Source: Thermodesulfobacteriota bacterium (GTDB taxonomy: Bacteria > Desulfobacterota > Desulfarculia > JACQYL01). From it: a DNA stretch of 64,000 nt. The stretch is from contig CAXXLZ010000001.1 in NCBI GenBank assembly GCA_963675595.2, forward strand, positions 1,504,001 to 1,568,000, written 5' to 3'. The stretch's first letter is position 1. Every line of letters starts with the position of its first letter. Position numbers and translations under genes: made by a program. Positions 51,784-63,162 of the stretch are shown one piece after another. The notes below the pieces were generated by a model that did not search any database, had not been told where the DNA came from, and saw only the letters and a list, made by a program, of their open reading frames with translations.

Positions 51784-52196
51784 CCGGCGAGGACCGCCGA
51801 ATGCATTGAAGCGACCGCCTCGCGGAAGGCACAGGTGCGGCGGAAGCAAACGCGTCCGAACATCCTTTTGCCCTGAAAGTCCGGTTCCCCTTCACTCTCC
51901 TTACCGGACGGTGACGGTTGACGGATCGAGCTTCGAGGCGGGAGAAATCACCCGCTTCGGGACCGGAAGATGCAGACGAACAACAAAAACCCCAACTCAA
52001 GGGAGTTCGGCGGACGATGCCTGTCGGCCGTCTCCTGGTCGATGCATTGTGTAAGCTCGCGGCGAACAGCAAAACCCCAAAGTCGCCCACGATGCTCATG
52101 CACGAGCCGCCCCTCCGGTCCCTGAAAACTTGGTCGAACGGCTCGGAGCATGTTGCGGAACGTGGGATAAAACCCGCAAATCAGGGAGAAGCGTTG

Positions 52197-52697
52197 ATGG
52201 TAAGAAGAATGTTAGTGATGTTGGTATGCGGAATGATGGTCACGGCGTTTGCCTTCACGGCCCTGGCCGACGACGCTAAGGTAACTCCTCAACAGGTGAA
52301 GCAACTAGTCGAAAAAGCGGTAAATTTGATTGCGGAAAAAGGTGAAGCCGTGGCTTTTCCTCTGCTCAGCGACCCGAATGGTGAGTACGTGGAAGGCGAC
52401 CTTTATGTGTTTACCTACAACATGGACGGCACCATCGTTCAGCATCTGAAGCCCAAACTCGTGGGCATGAACATGATGAACACCATGGATAAAAAGGGCA
52501 AATGCCTCGCATGCGATTTCGTCAGAGTCGCCAAAGAGGAAGGAGCCGGATGGTCCGAGTACTGGTGGCCCAAACCCAGCACGAATGAAGTGGCCGTGAA
52601 GACCAGCTATATCATGAAGGTACCCGGCAAGGACCTCCTGGTTGGTGCCGGCGTTTACGATTTGACCAAGGAACAGGCGGAGGCGGCCGTCAAGTAG
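52197..52697 (+). CDS. Exported stand-alone single Cache-domain protein
   Basis: Signal peptide ending ALA-D. GDLYVF, GWSEYWWPKP, KTSY, VGAGVY. RBS GGGAG. Confidence 0.85.
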   Translation: MVRRMLVMLVCGMMVTAFAFTALADDAKVTPQQVKQLVEKAVNLIAEKGEAVAFPLLSDPNGEYVEGDLYVFTYNMDGTIVQHLKPKLVGMNMMNTMDKKGKCLACDFVRVAKEEGAGWSEYWWPKPSTNEVAVKTSYIMKVPGKDLLVGAGVYDLTKEQAEAAVK

Positions 52698-53001
52698 GCT
52701 AAATGACCGCATGCAACCGCGAGCTTGCACCATGGTCGCCGTTCGTCGCCTTTCTTGCTCCGCACACCGTTCAGGAGACGCCAAGGGCCTTGTTCAGTTT
52801 GGGGGGGGCCCACTTGCGGCGCATTCTGCGTCGTTCCCGAAATGTGGAAAACAACGGCTCTTCGCAGTGAAACACCTTGGCTTTTGTGAATAGACAATCA
52901 AAGCATTCGACCCAACGGATGGAACAACCATCGCCCACCCAGGAGAGGCCGTTCACAGTCCCGGGGTCTATCGAGTTTGGAGCCTGTTAGGGAGGACTAT
53001 C

Positions 53002-54927
53002 ATGAATGACCGGAATTCAAAGGAGTGGCGTTTGGCCCTCTGGGTCAGAATCTCCATGTTGCCTTTGCTGGGCGTGCTGGCCTTGTTCGTCATCAAAGGC
53101 ATGGATCTATACATCGCATCCAAGGTGGGTCAGGCTTCCGACATGGGTCAATCCGCAAGCAATATCGCCTGGATGATGACGGAGAGGGTATTGCTGGAGA
53201 CGGAATTCCTGAGCCATGCGGATGAGGAGCTCTATGACCGGATTCGGCTGCAATCCGAAAAGATCGACCAGGCCCTGGCCGAGGCCAAGGCATTGGATGC
53301 CGACGGCGGTATGCAGGGGCTCCTTAAGCAGGTGGAAGACGCGGCGAACCGCCACCAAAAGACTTTCACCGAAGCGGCCACGGCGGTCCGCAGCCTTGGC
53401 GCCGCCAAGGCGCAGTTCAATGTCGAACTGAGCAAAGCCGACGAATTGCTGAACAACGCCGTCAATGATCTCACCACGGAGAAATCCGAGCTCATCATGT
53501 TTCAGGGCACGGACCTGCCCGAAACAAAAAAGGCCCTGCAAAGCGGGCTCATGGAAATAAAGGGATATGTGTCCTCGCTCATGCTCAATGTGAACGATCT
53601 GTTCGCTTTCTCGGACGCGGAGCGTTTCGAAAAAGCGGCGGCTGATCTTTCCAAAAAGATGCAGCTTTCCTTCAAAAACACCGACGGCAAGGTGGTTACC
53701 GTCGACGATCCCAAGTACACCGAACACTGGAAGAAAATTAAGGCACAGTTTCAAACCACTTTGGACGCCAAAACGACGCTCTACGACCAATGGAAACAGC
53801 TCCAGGTTCTCGTGGCCGAGTTGGGAGAAACCAATACGGTGCTGAAGCAGAGCCTGCACGAAACAGTCTCGGGGACCAAGCTGAGGATCGAGAAGATTCA
53901 GAGTACCGACCTTTGGCTCAGCATTCTCACCATCGGGATTACCATCGTTTTGTTGGTGCTGTTGAGCGTGGCGGTCATTCGTTCCATCACCAAGCCGATC
54001 AATCGGGTTGTTTCGGGCTTAAGCAGCGGGGCGGAGCAAGTGACGTCGGCGTTCAACCAGGTGTCCGTTTCCAGTCAGAAGCTGGCGGAAGGTTCATCCG
54101 ACCAGGCGGCCTCCATAGAGGAAACGACTTCCTCTTTGGAAGAAATGTCGGCCATGACGAAACAGAATGCGGACAACGCCGCTCAGGCGGACAGCTTGAT
54201 GAAGGAAACGAATCTGGTTGTGGACAAGGCGAACAAATCCATGGGAGAGCTGACGTCTTCCATGAAGGAAATCTCGGACGCCAGTGCCGAGATATCGAAA
54301 ATCATCAAGACGATTGATGAGATCGCTTTTCAGACAAACCTGCTGGCGTTGAACGCGGCGGTGGAGGCGGCCCGGGCGGGCGAGGCCGGAGCCGGCTTCG
54401 CGGTCGTGGCGGATGAAGTCAGAAACCTCGCCATGCGCGCCGCGGAAGCGGCGAAAAACACGTCCATGCTCATCGAAGGTACCGGGAAGAAGGTCATGAG
54501 CGGATCGTCCCTGGTCACCACCACGAATGAAGCTTTTCAAGAAGTTGCGGAAAGCGCCGGAAAAGTGGCTGTGCTCGTTTCCGAGATCGCCGAAGCGTCG
54601 AGTCACCAAGCCCAAGGGATCGAGCAAATCAACCGCGCCATGGTTGAAATGGATCGTGTGACTCAGCAGAACGCCGCAAATGCCGAAGAGTCCGCCGGCG
54701 CCTCTCAGGAGATGAAGACGCAGGCGGACCAAATCAACGTCATGGTGGACGAACTCATCGCCGTAGTGGGCCGGAAACAGTCCGACGGCCAAATGGACAA
54801 AGGAGCTCGAAACGACGCCGCTCTGGGCCGAGCCGCCGTCAAGAGACCTGATAAGAGAACCACGGCTCTGTATGGGGCGAAGGAAGTGAATCCCGAGTTC
54901 GTCATCCCCCTGGATGACGATGACTGA
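53002..54927 (+). CDS. Methyl-accepting chemotaxis protein
   Basis: Two TMs with a large periplasmic domain. [38 protein letters not shown]-terminal IPLDDDD. Confidence 0.96.
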   Translation: MNDRNSKEWRLALWVRISMLPLLGVLALFVIKGMDLYIASKVGQASDMGQSASNIAWMMTERVLLETEFLSHADEELYDRIRLQSEKIDQALAEAKALDADGGMQGLLKQVEDAANRHQKTFTEAATAVRSLGAAKAQFNVELSKADELLNNAVNDLTTEKSELIMFQGTDLPETKKALQSGLMEIKGYVSSLMLNVNDLFAFSDAERFEKAAADLSKKMQLSFKNTDGKVVTVDDPKYTEHWKKIKAQFQTTLDAKTTLYDQWKQLQVLVAELGETNTVLKQSLHETVSGTKLRIEKIQSTDLWLSILTIGITIVLLVLLSVAVIRSITKPINRVVSGLSSGAEQVTSAFNQVSVSSQKLAEGSSDQAASIEETTSSLEEMSAMTKQNADNAAQADSLMKETNLVVDKANKSMGELTSSMKEISDASAEISKIIKTIDEIAFQTNLLALNAAVEAARAGEAGAGFAVVADEVRNLAMRAAEAAKNTSMLIEGTGKKVMSGSSLVTTTNEAFQEVAESAGKVAVLVSEIAEASSHQAQGIEQINRAMVEMDRVTQQNAANAEESAGASQEMKTQADQINVMVDELIAVVGRKQSDGQMDKGARNDAALGRAAVKRPDKRTTALYGAKEVNPEFVIPLDDDD

Positions 54928-55734
54928 CCGGGTCCCTCCGGACCGTGCCGCACCGCGGTCTTTGCACAACAACCCTCTTGAGGATCGGCGCAGAGGAAAT
55001 CCCGGCGAGGCCTGAGGGGATACGCCCTCGCTCCCCGAGCCGCCCCGGGTGAAATATAACTCCGAGAGCGAACGGAACTACTGGGGGAAAGCGTTAGACA
55101 TGCTTTCCCCCTTCCTTCTCCACGCTTTGTTCTTACGCCCCGCACCCCGTTTCATCATATCTCGCATCCCGCACGCTCAGCCCCTCCGCCGGAAGGGTGG
55201 AATGTCTTCACTCCGATCCCCGAAAGCTCCATCGCCGACCGTTCATGGTCACGCAACCTAAGAAAAAACCTCTTCCGTTTGCATCAGGATTGACAGGGCC
55301 TCCGGGAAGCGATATGGTGGTGCTCAAAGAACAAACGTCCGTTCTGTTTTTCCCCGAAACCGGGAGGTGTGCTTGTCCATCGATACCGGTCCTTTCTCTC
55401 GCTCCCATGGATTTCCGGCCGAGCCCTTCCACGGAAACCGGCGGCCGACTTACCTACGAACTACACCGTCCTTTCCAGTCGCCCCTGTTTTTTCCCATCC
55501 GTCGGCGCCGATGGAAACCATATCCGCTCGCAGCGCTCCTTTCTTCCATGGCAACGCCCTGCACGATCACTCAAGTGCTGCGGGCGGACTCCGGCCCACA
55601 CGGAGAAATCACGACGAGAATGCTTTTTACCACTCGGGAAACCCGGGGCCTGAAAGGTCGGTAACAAGGCATCAGGCGCCCCTGATAACGACCGCCTGTT
55701 CTTTGCCCCGACTCATCCCCCAGCCGAAAGGCTC

Positions 55735-56367
55735 ATGACCATGAAACAAATAGAAGCAAAGGTGGAAAACAAGGACATTATCAAGGCGAAACATAAGCAG
55801 ATCTGCGACGCCGCCTTGGAGCTTTTTTCCAAACATGGTTATCACAAAACGACCATGAGGGATATCGCGAGGACTTCAGGCATCAATCTGTCATACCTCT
55901 ACCACTATATATCCTCCAAAGACGACGTGTTGTATCTCTTCTATAATCAATTGCTCGACCTGTACAAGCCCGTCTACCTTTCTCTGAAAGAAAGCAATCG
56001 CGACAATCCTATCGATGAGCTTCGGGAATTGATTCCTACCGTGCTCCGTATCATACATGAAAATCAAAGCGCCTTTCTGACCATGTATACGGAGAGCAGA
56101 CATCTGGAACCCGACTCCTTGAGCTCGGTTCTTTCCCAAGAAACAGAAATCCTCAACTATCTGAGAGACCTCATACAACGAGGGGTGGAAAAGGGGTGCT
56201 TCAATACCGCCGAACCTCTCATCGCCGCGAACATTATCCAATACCTACTTCTACTCGAACCGCTTCGCGGATGGGGCTTCAGGAAGCATCAGAGCTTCGA
56301 CGAATTCGTAGACTACATGACCAAATTCGTCATGGCGGCGCTCGGAGCCGTTGAGGGCACGGAATGA
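55735..56367 (+). CDS. TetR/AcrR-family transcriptional regulator
   Basis: AALELFSKHGYHKTTMRDIA...LYHYISSKDD. Confidence 0.93.
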   Translation: MTMKQIEAKVENKDIIKAKHKQICDAALELFSKHGYHKTTMRDIARTSGINLSYLYHYISSKDDVLYLFYNQLLDLYKPVYLSLKESNRDNPIDELRELIPTVLRIIHENQSAFLTMYTESRHLEPDSLSSVLSQETEILNYLRDLIQRGVEKGCFNTAEPLIAANIIQYLLLLEPLRGWGFRKHQSFDEFVDYMTKFVMAALGAVEGTE

Positions 56368-56530
56368 GCCGCACTCGCATCTTTGTCTCACGTGCGTGCA
56401 GTGGGATTTCGCACGTGTTCACGGGGCCGCTGTGATGCCGTTTGCCTGGATTGTCGGTTCCGGGTTTGCGACGCGCGAACCGAATTTCTCACCCTCCTCT
56501 TCGCCGAAGGCGGCCGGGCATTCTTCACAA

Positions 56531-56572
56531 GCTTTGAAGGGGGCGGGGGAAACCTCCTCGAAGGTTTCCTCC
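56531..56572 (+). repeat. Degenerate B/C-type hairpin repeat
   Basis: GCTTTGAAGGGGGC-GGGGGAAACC-TCCTCGAA-GGTTTCCTCC. Confidence 0.5.
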
Positions 56573-56933
56573 TATGAATGAATACGGAATTCCATCCCTG
56601 ATGCAACGGCGGATTCTTCCGTCGTCGCCCCGATCTCGACTTGTATCGGGGCGTGATCGATCCTCATGAAGTTCTTTTAGACAACAGGGTTTCCGGCGAG
56701 CCGGCGTGGCAATCGCGTTCTTCGTCGATCCGCCAAGACTCGGAAAGGAGGTCGAACCCATGGGAAATACGCCTGTAAGGAACCGCTCCCCCATCGCGCC
56801 CATGCCCGGGGCGAGCCGTCCGGCGTCCTTCCCCTCCCATCGTCCCCCCTGACGGAATCAAGGCAGGGGCCGGGGATTAGACGAACCTTGCAGCGTCACC
56901 ACCAGCTTTTAACGGGTATGGACAGGAGGGCTC

Positions 56934-58886
56934 ATGGCGTCATTAGTTTGGGGACCGCAGATACTGGTTCGCGCCCTCATGGAAGAGGGAATCCACACCA
57001 ACTTCGGCATCACCGGCGGCCATATGAACAGCTTCGACGACTATTGGAGCATTTACGGCAACCGGCTGATTCACTGTCGGCACGAAGCGGCATGCGGCTA
57101 TGCGGCCGAGGCGTATTCCAAAGTAACCGGCAAAATCGGATTATGTCAGGCAACGGTAGGCCCGGGCACCGCCAACATGGTTCCGGCCATCAACCAAGCG
57201 GCGTTGAGCAACACGCCCCTCATCTGCATCCTGGGACAAACCATTCTTTCCGATACGGATCGTTACGCGTTTCAGCACTTCAAGGGCACCGCCGTCTACG
57301 ACGTGTTCTGCAAGTGGGCCAAATTCATCGACGATCCTTCCACGTTCGCGTACTGGATCAGAAAAGCGGCACGGGATTGCACCGGCTATCCTCCCTCACC
57401 CGTGGCGCTTGAAATCGCCTTGAATTTCATCGAATTCGCGCCGCAAGCCTTGTTGGATCCCGCCATGCAGGTGAATTACCGCGTGGATATGAGGCACAAG
57501 GGCCTTTCGGAACTACCCCAACCGGTTCCCAACGATAATGAATTGGATGAAATCGTCGGCTGGCTCCTCGAGGCGGAGCGTCCGTTGGTGATCGTGGGTC
57601 ACGGTGGAAGATGGCCCGACTGCGGGGCCGCTCTCAAAGAATTCACGGAGCTGACCAATATTCCCATCCATCAACGGCGGGCCTGCCGGGGCAGCGTTCC
57701 GGAAAGCCATCCGCACCACGTGGCCGGTGAAGCGCGCGGCAAGGCCTTCGCCATGGCGGATCGCTACCTGACCCTGGGCCTGCGTTTCGACATCCTCGAG
57801 CAGTGGGGTCAATGGGGGGCCGACAAGCGGTTCGTGCAGGTGACGGAAGAACCCATGGAGCTCTGGGCTGAAATCCTCACAGACATCGAAGCCATCGGCA
57901 ACGTCAACGCCACTTTGCGGAAACTGAACAGCCTCATTCGTGAAAAATATCAGGACCGCTTCGCCGCAAAAACGGCTTGGCGCGACGAAATTCTGGAAAT
58001 CAAGAAGAAGGCCGACGAAAAGATGCGCAAACGCATCGAAGAGCTCAAAGGTCAGTTCACCCTGCCGAACCAGATGAGTCCGGACGTTTCTTCCACCATC
58101 ATCACGGACTATCTGCACCAAGCCGCACCCGAATCCACCATCATCCTCGACTCCTTCACCTTTTCTCCCTACATGAGCGAAAAGTTCGAGTCCAAGGTGA
58201 CCGGCGGCGTGTTGGACGCGGGAATTCAAGGAGGCGTGGGGCACGGTGTGGGCATGGGCATCGGCGCCCAGGTGGGACGTCCCGGAAAACCCATCGTGGT
58301 CTTTCTGGGAGACGCGGGCATCGGAGCCGCCGGGGGCGATATCGAGACCGCACTGAGGGAAAATCTGCCCGTGGTCTACGTGGTACACAACAACGGGGCC
58401 TGGATCGGCGGTTGGAACGCCATGTACGGACGGGACTGGCACGGAGCGCAGAATCCCCACGCTCGGGATACGGACCGCGGTATGGGAACCCTCGAAGGCC
58501 GAATCCCTTACGCCGAAATGTACAAAATGATGGGCTGTCACGGCGAGACGGTCAAGACCCACGACGGGATCGTGCCGGCCATGGAACGGGCCCTCAACTC
58601 GGGCAAGACCGCGGTCGTGGACTTGTGGGGCGATCCGGATTCCTACCACTCGCTTTGGGATCGAGCCACCTACGAGAACCTGTTCTTCGTCATGTTGCAC
58701 CATCTGCCGGAAGACCTGTGGACCGGAATGGAAAGCTTCAAGGAGCGCACCCGCGGCATCTTCCAGGCGTTGGGATACGAGGAATGGCCCAAGACCCCCA
58801 GACTCTTTCCGCCCTTCGACGAGGAAGAGGACTTCGACTGGGTTTCCGGTCCGCCTCCGAAATTCGTTCCCAAGAAAGAGGAATAA
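56934..58886 (+). CDS. ThDP-dependent enzyme (2-hydroxyacyl-CoA lyase/synthase-like; ALS superfamily) with a C-terminal extension
   Basis: FGITGGH, RHEAACGYAAEAY (catalytic Glu), VGPGTAN, GDAG...HNNGAW ThDP-binding motif. RBS AGGAGG. Confidence 0.85.
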   Translation: MASLVWGPQILVRALMEEGIHTNFGITGGHMNSFDDYWSIYGNRLIHCRHEAACGYAAEAYSKVTGKIGLCQATVGPGTANMVPAINQAALSNTPLICILGQTILSDTDRYAFQHFKGTAVYDVFCKWAKFIDDPSTFAYWIRKAARDCTGYPPSPVALEIALNFIEFAPQALLDPAMQVNYRVDMRHKGLSELPQPVPNDNELDEIVGWLLEAERPLVIVGHGGRWPDCGAALKEFTELTNIPIHQRRACRGSVPESHPHHVAGEARGKAFAMADRYLTLGLRFDILEQWGQWGADKRFVQVTEEPMELWAEILTDIEAIGNVNATLRKLNSLIREKYQDRFAAKTAWRDEILEIKKKADEKMRKRIEELKGQFTLPNQMSPDVSSTIITDYLHQAAPESTIILDSFTFSPYMSEKFESKVTGGVLDAGIQGGVGHGVGMGIGAQVGRPGKPIVVFLGDAGIGAAGGDIETALRENLPVVYVVHNNGAWIGGWNAMYGRDWHGAQNPHARDTDRGMGTLEGRIPYAEMYKMMGCHGETVKTHDGIVPAMERALNSGKTAVVDLWGDPDSYHSLWDRATYENLFFVMLHHLPEDLWTGMESFKERTRGIFQALGYEEWPKTPRLFPPFDEEEDFDWVSGPPPKFVPKKEE

Positions 58887-58950
58887 ACGGTTTCCAACGA
58901 CTCTGGACGTTTCGGCGCAGCGGTCCGCCGAAAAGAGAGGAGCATGATTT

Positions 58951-59178
58951 ATGCCGATGTTCCAATGTCCCAAATGCGGAATCAAGCAGGACGTGCCTTT
59001 CGGAGGATGGCACTGGGAAGGCAAAGAGGGTGGAAAGCAGCACTTCACCCATCGCGGATATCTGGTTCCCGACCCCAAGGACCCCATGAGACTGGTTTGT
59101 GCGGATGGGCATGATCCCAAGTTGCTCATGCCCATGTGTTGGGAGTGTAATGTGGTGTTCAAGTACATCCCGGATTGA
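58951..59178 (+). CDS. Small Cys/His-rich (zinc-ribbon-like) protein
   Basis: CPKC...CADGH...CWEC. RBS GAGGAG upstream. Directly follows the ThDP gene. Confidence 0.72.
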   Translation: MPMFQCPKCGIKQDVPFGGWHWEGKEGGKQHFTHRGYLVPDPKDPMRLVCADGHDPKLLMPMCWECNVVFKYIPD

Positions 59179-59187
59179 CGGCCTGAG

Positions 59188-59335
59188 AGGTTGTTGAAGA
59201 TCGCGTTCTGCGGCTTTGCGCTTCAGCCCTCGTCTCTGAGACGTACGTTGTGTACGTCTCAGTCCTCGAGAATCGCGTGCCTCGCGTGTCGGTGTTTTTC
59301 AGCAGCCTGCAGCAACCGGCCTTTTTCAACGGCTG
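59188..59335 (-). mobile_element. MITE, family A, reverse orientation
   Basis: AGGTTGTTGAAG...TTTTTCAGCAGCCTG plus the partial end GGCCTTTTTCAACGGC. Interior is the reverse complement of the 35272 copy. Confidence 0.78.
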
Positions 59336-59355
59336 CCGGGGTAACTCGGAGGCGA

Positions 59356-59397
59356 ACCGCCCTCCCCGAAACCGGCGCAGGGTTCGGGGAGAGCGGT
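59356..59397. other. Strong intergenic hairpin (ACCGCCCTCCCCGAA...TTCGGGGAGAGCGGT)
   Basis: 15-bp stem with one non-Watson-Crick pair. No long U tract, so its role is uncertain. Confidence 0.5.
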
Positions 59398-59532
59398 CTT
59401 ACGAGTGGTAACGGGACGATTGGGTGAACAAGCGGCTCCGCGCAGGGCCGTTCCGGGGTGAGGCGTACGGAAACGCTGCGGACACCTTGGCCCTCGCCCG
59501 AACAGCGACGTTACTAAAGGAGGTTTCGACGG

Positions 59533-60384
59533 ATGAACATACGGAAAGTGGCCGTGGTGGGAGCGGGATCCATGGGCAACGGCATCGCCCAAGTCAGCGC
59601 TCAAGCCGGGTACGACGTGACCATGATCGACGTGTCTCAACAATCCCTGGACGGGGCCATGTCCAATATCCGGAAAATGCTCGACGGAGGAATCAAGAAA
59701 GGAAAGATCAGTGAAGCCGATCGAGATGCGGCGTTGTCGAGAATTACCTCTACCACGGACCTGAGCTCTACCGAAGACGCGGACCTGGTGATCGAGGCGG
59801 TCATCGAGGACCTGGAGGTCAAACTGGACCTGTTCAAACGCTTGGATGCGTCCTGCCCGTCTCACGCCCTGCTGGCCACCAACACATCTTCCCTTCCCAT
59901 CACGAGCGTGGCCGCAGTCACCAAACGGCCGGAGCAGGTACTGGGCATGCATTTCATGAATCCCGTGCCTCTCATGAAGGGAGTCGAACTGATCAAAGGG
60001 AGACTCACCTCTGCGGAGACCATGGACACCGCCAAAGCCTATATTGAATCCTTGAACAAGGTGTGGGTGGAAGCCGTGGATTACGCGGGTTTCATCACCA
60101 GCCGGATTCTGGATGCCATGCTCAATGAAGCCATATGGTGCGTGGCGGACGGCAATAAGCCCGAAGAAGTGGACAAAGCCATGAAGGTTTGCACCAACTT
60201 CCCCATGGGGCCCCTGGAGCTCATTGATCTCGCCGGAGCGGACGTGCTGCTCAAGGTGCTCGACATACTGCGTGACGAGTTTGGCGAAAAGTTCCGCCCC
60301 GCTCCTTTGCTGAGGCAAATGGTTCGAGCGGGACACGTAGGCAGAAAAGCGGGAAAAGGTTTTTATGATTACGGGAAATCATAA
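59533..60384 (+). CDS. hbd: 3-hydroxyacyl-CoA (3-hydroxybutyryl-CoA-type) dehydrogenase
   Basis: VVGAGSMGNGIAQ, EAVIE, TNTSS, GMHFMNP, PMGPLELID, GRKAGKGFYDY. Confidence 0.9.
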   Translation: MNIRKVAVVGAGSMGNGIAQVSAQAGYDVTMIDVSQQSLDGAMSNIRKMLDGGIKKGKISEADRDAALSRITSTTDLSSTEDADLVIEAVIEDLEVKLDLFKRLDASCPSHALLATNTSSLPITSVAAVTKRPEQVLGMHFMNPVPLMKGVELIKGRLTSAETMDTAKAYIESLNKVWVEAVDYAGFITSRILDAMLNEAIWCVADGNKPEEVDKAMKVCTNFPMGPLELIDLAGADVLLKVLDILRDEFGEKFRPAPLLRQMVRAGHVGRKAGKGFYDYGKS

Positions 60385-60501
60385 GTTCCGGGAGGTTACA
60401 CCAGCCGGGAGCGAGCACCGGCTGAGTCCGGTCGCCTTTCGGGCGACACCATCAGGGATTCCGCGCATGCGGAAAGGGATGCATTACAAGGAGACCATTG
60501 A

Positions 60502-61716
60502 ATGAACAAAGATGAAATCGTCATTGCCGGCGCCTGCAGAACGCCTTTCGGTCGTTTCGGGGGCTCTTTGAAGGGCTTTGACTTGTACGATCTTGCCGCT
60601 TTCGCCATGAAGACCTGTCTCGACCGGGTTTCCGTCCCCCCCGATGCAATCGGCCACGTGTTCTGGGGCATGGGCGATACAAGCCAGTGCAAAGACGTTT
60701 ACACTCCGGTGGCCGCTCGCCAGGCGCTTATAAAAGCGGGACTGCCGGAAACCACTACCTCGCTCACCCTGGATAAGGCGTGCATTTCGGGCACGAGCGC
60801 CTGCCAAATGGGCATGTGGGCTCTGCGCCTCCAAGAGGCCCGTGCGGTTCTGTGCGGGGGAGTGACCTGCTTTTCCAGGCAGCCTTTTATTTATCGGGCT
60901 TCACGCTGGGAAAGCCATCGCTTCGGCAACGTTTCCATGGACGACCCGCTGTTCGAGCTCGGATACAAGGATTTCAATCCCGTATCCGTGGACGCGGGTG
61001 AAGTGGCCGTGGAACGCGGTGTGCTTCGTGAAGAACAGGATCTATGGGCCCTGGGCAGCCATGAGAAATACGGCAAAGCTCATGCGGAAGGTTTCTTCAA
61101 GGACGAACTGATCCCGATGGAAATCCCGAAGGGCAAAGGCGAGGTCGGGATGCTCGAGATCGACGAGCAGTACCGCCCCGACATCAGCCTGGAAAGGCTG
61201 GCCAAACTCCCCACCATCTATGGAAATCCCAGTATCACGGCGGGGAATGCACCGGGACTCAACGACGGCGCGGCCGCCGTGCTGCTTACGACGCGCGGTC
61301 AGGCGGAAGAATGGGGTCTCTCTCCTCTGGCGACGATTCTTGAGATCGCCAATGCGGCTTTGGCCCCGAGACTCATTTCCGATGTGCCGGCCTCGGCTAT
61401 CGAGAAGGTGCTGTCCGCCACCGGTAAAAAGCTCTCCGACATGAAACGCATCGAAATCAACGAGGCCTTCGCGGCGGTCCCTTTGGTATCCAGCAAGCTG
61501 CTGGCTGAACGGGGTCATGGAGACCTGGACGATATTCGCGGGCGTCTCAACGTCAACGGCGGAGCGGTGGCCATAGGCCACCCCAACACGGCCAGCGGGG
61601 CCCGTCTGGTAATGACGTTGGCCTATGAGTTGCGACGGCTGGGCGGCGGCTACGGAGTCGCGGCGATCTGCGGCGGGCTGGCTCAGGGCGATGCGGCCCT
61701 CATTCGCGTGGATTAG
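60502..61716 (+). CDS. Acyl-CoA thiolase
   Basis: RTPFG, KACISG (Cys), [21 protein letters not shown] (His), ICGGLAQG (Cys). Confidence 0.93.
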   Translation: MNKDEIVIAGACRTPFGRFGGSLKGFDLYDLAAFAMKTCLDRVSVPPDAIGHVFWGMGDTSQCKDVYTPVAARQALIKAGLPETTTSLTLDKACISGTSACQMGMWALRLQEARAVLCGGVTCFSRQPFIYRASRWESHRFGNVSMDDPLFELGYKDFNPVSVDAGEVAVERGVLREEQDLWALGSHEKYGKAHAEGFFKDELIPMEIPKGKGEVGMLEIDEQYRPDISLERLAKLPTIYGNPSITAGNAPGLNDGAAAVLLTTRGQAEEWGLSPLATILEIANAALAPRLISDVPASAIEKVLSATGKKLSDMKRIEINEAFAAVPLVSSKLLAERGHGDLDDIRGRLNVNGGAVAIGHPNTASGARLVMTLAYELRRLGGGYGVAAICGGLAQGDAALIRVD

Positions 61717-61821
61717 CATTCCGTTTTTTCAGGATGATTCGAGGAACGAACCGTATAGGTCTCCCTCACCTGATATGGACCGGAAACACTAACCGACACT
61801 CCGACATCTGGGTGGAACATT

Positions 61822-63123
61822 ATGGAACAGCAACAACAGGTTGTTACCGCAGCGTCTACCAAGAGCATAGATATGGCCAAGAAAGTATGGCCGTTCATCA
61901 AGAACGACTATGCCAAAGGGCATGAGTGGAAGGCCGAAGGCAAGCCGGTGGTCTGGTCTTGTGCGCTGGTGGAAAAGGAAATCTACTATTCCATGGGAGT
62001 ATACCCATTTTTCCCGGAGCAGTTCGCCGCGTTGTGCGCGGTCCGGCGAAAGGGAGGCAGTCGCGATCCGGCGGTGGAAAAGGAAGGCGTCCGCTTGGCC
62101 CGCATTGCGGAGGAACACGGGTATCCCACCTACCTTTGCGGATATCATCGCGTGGGTATCGGCTATGTGATCAACGAGGACCTTTCCGATGCTCCGTTGG
62201 GAGGCATGCCCCGACCCGACTTTATGGTGACTTCGAGCACCGCCTGCGACGTGAGGTATAAATGGTTCGAGGACATGGCCAGGAGGCTGAAGGTTCCGCT
62301 CTTCGTCCTTGATCGGCCCGAACGCCACGAGTTCGGTTTCATCACGCGCAGACCGGAGAATAACGCCCTTCGGTACTACAAGACCCAATTGGAGGAGTGT
62401 TTCGCTTTCATCGAAGAGGTCACGGGCAACCCATACGATCCGGACAGACTCAACGAGGTCCTGGACTGGTCGTACAGGCTCAACGAACTGGCCCAGGAGA
62501 TACTCGAACTCAGAAGGGCCGTACCTTGTCCCATGAGCTGTGCCGATGAGTTCACCCTTATGTACCCCTGGATGTACAAAGCGGGAACCCGGGAAGGATA
62601 CGAGTTTTACTCCGAGCTTAGAGACGAGATACGTGACCGGGTGCACCGCAAAATCGGGGTCATTCCGGAAGAGAAGTTCCGGCTTATGTGGGTAGGCTTA
62701 CCCAACTGGTTCAACATGGCCGTCATGAACTATTTCGAGAAGTACGGCGGAATCTTCGTGCGATCGCCTGAATACCGGGCCCTGCCCTACCCCGCGCGCA
62801 CCCCGGACGACCCCGTGGGAGAGCTGGCCTACCGCTACCTGTTCGCCGGTTACGGGGCCTACGGGATGCTGAACAACATCGACGAGATTCTAAAGGACTG
62901 CGAAGATTACCTGATCGACGGAGCCGTGCTTTCTTATCTCATCACGTGTCGCCCCCATGCCTATCGCCAGGGGGAAGTGAAACACGTTTTAGAGGAACGT
63001 GGAATTCCTTGCGTCAGCGTGGAAGGCGACCTGGTGGATGAACGCACCTATGCCGAGGCCCAGGTGAGGAACCGCCTGGATGCCATGGCGGAAATGATTC
63101 TCAAGAGAAAGGGCCTTCTCTAA
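61822..63123 (+). CDS. 2-hydroxyacyl-CoA dehydratase / class I benzoyl-CoA reductase family subunit
   Basis: PEQFAALC, YLCGY, PRPDF...TACD..YKWF, PCPMS, ITCRP, EGDLVDER...RLDAMAE. Confidence 0.88.
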   Translation: MEQQQQVVTAASTKSIDMAKKVWPFIKNDYAKGHEWKAEGKPVVWSCALVEKEIYYSMGVYPFFPEQFAALCAVRRKGGSRDPAVEKEGVRLARIAEEHGYPTYLCGYHRVGIGYVINEDLSDAPLGGMPRPDFMVTSSTACDVRYKWFEDMARRLKVPLFVLDRPERHEFGFITRRPENNALRYYKTQLEECFAFIEEVTGNPYDPDRLNEVLDWSYRLNELAQEILELRRAVPCPMSCADEFTLMYPWMYKAGTREGYEFYSELRDEIRDRVHRKIGVIPEEKFRLMWVGLPNWFNMAVMNYFEKYGGIFVRSPEYRALPYPARTPDDPVGELAYRYLFAGYGAYGMLNNIDEILKDCEDYLIDGAVLSYLITCRPHAYRQGEVKHVLEERGIPCVSVEGDLVDERTYAEAQVRNRLDAMAEMILKRKGLL

Positions 63124-63162
63124 ATTCGCAACCTGTCAAAGGGTTCCAAAGAGGGAAACGTC

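Noticed and set aside
56574-56595. ATGAATGAATACGGAATTCCAT as a possible TetR operator
   Set aside because: The palindrome is too imperfect and I found no second copy.
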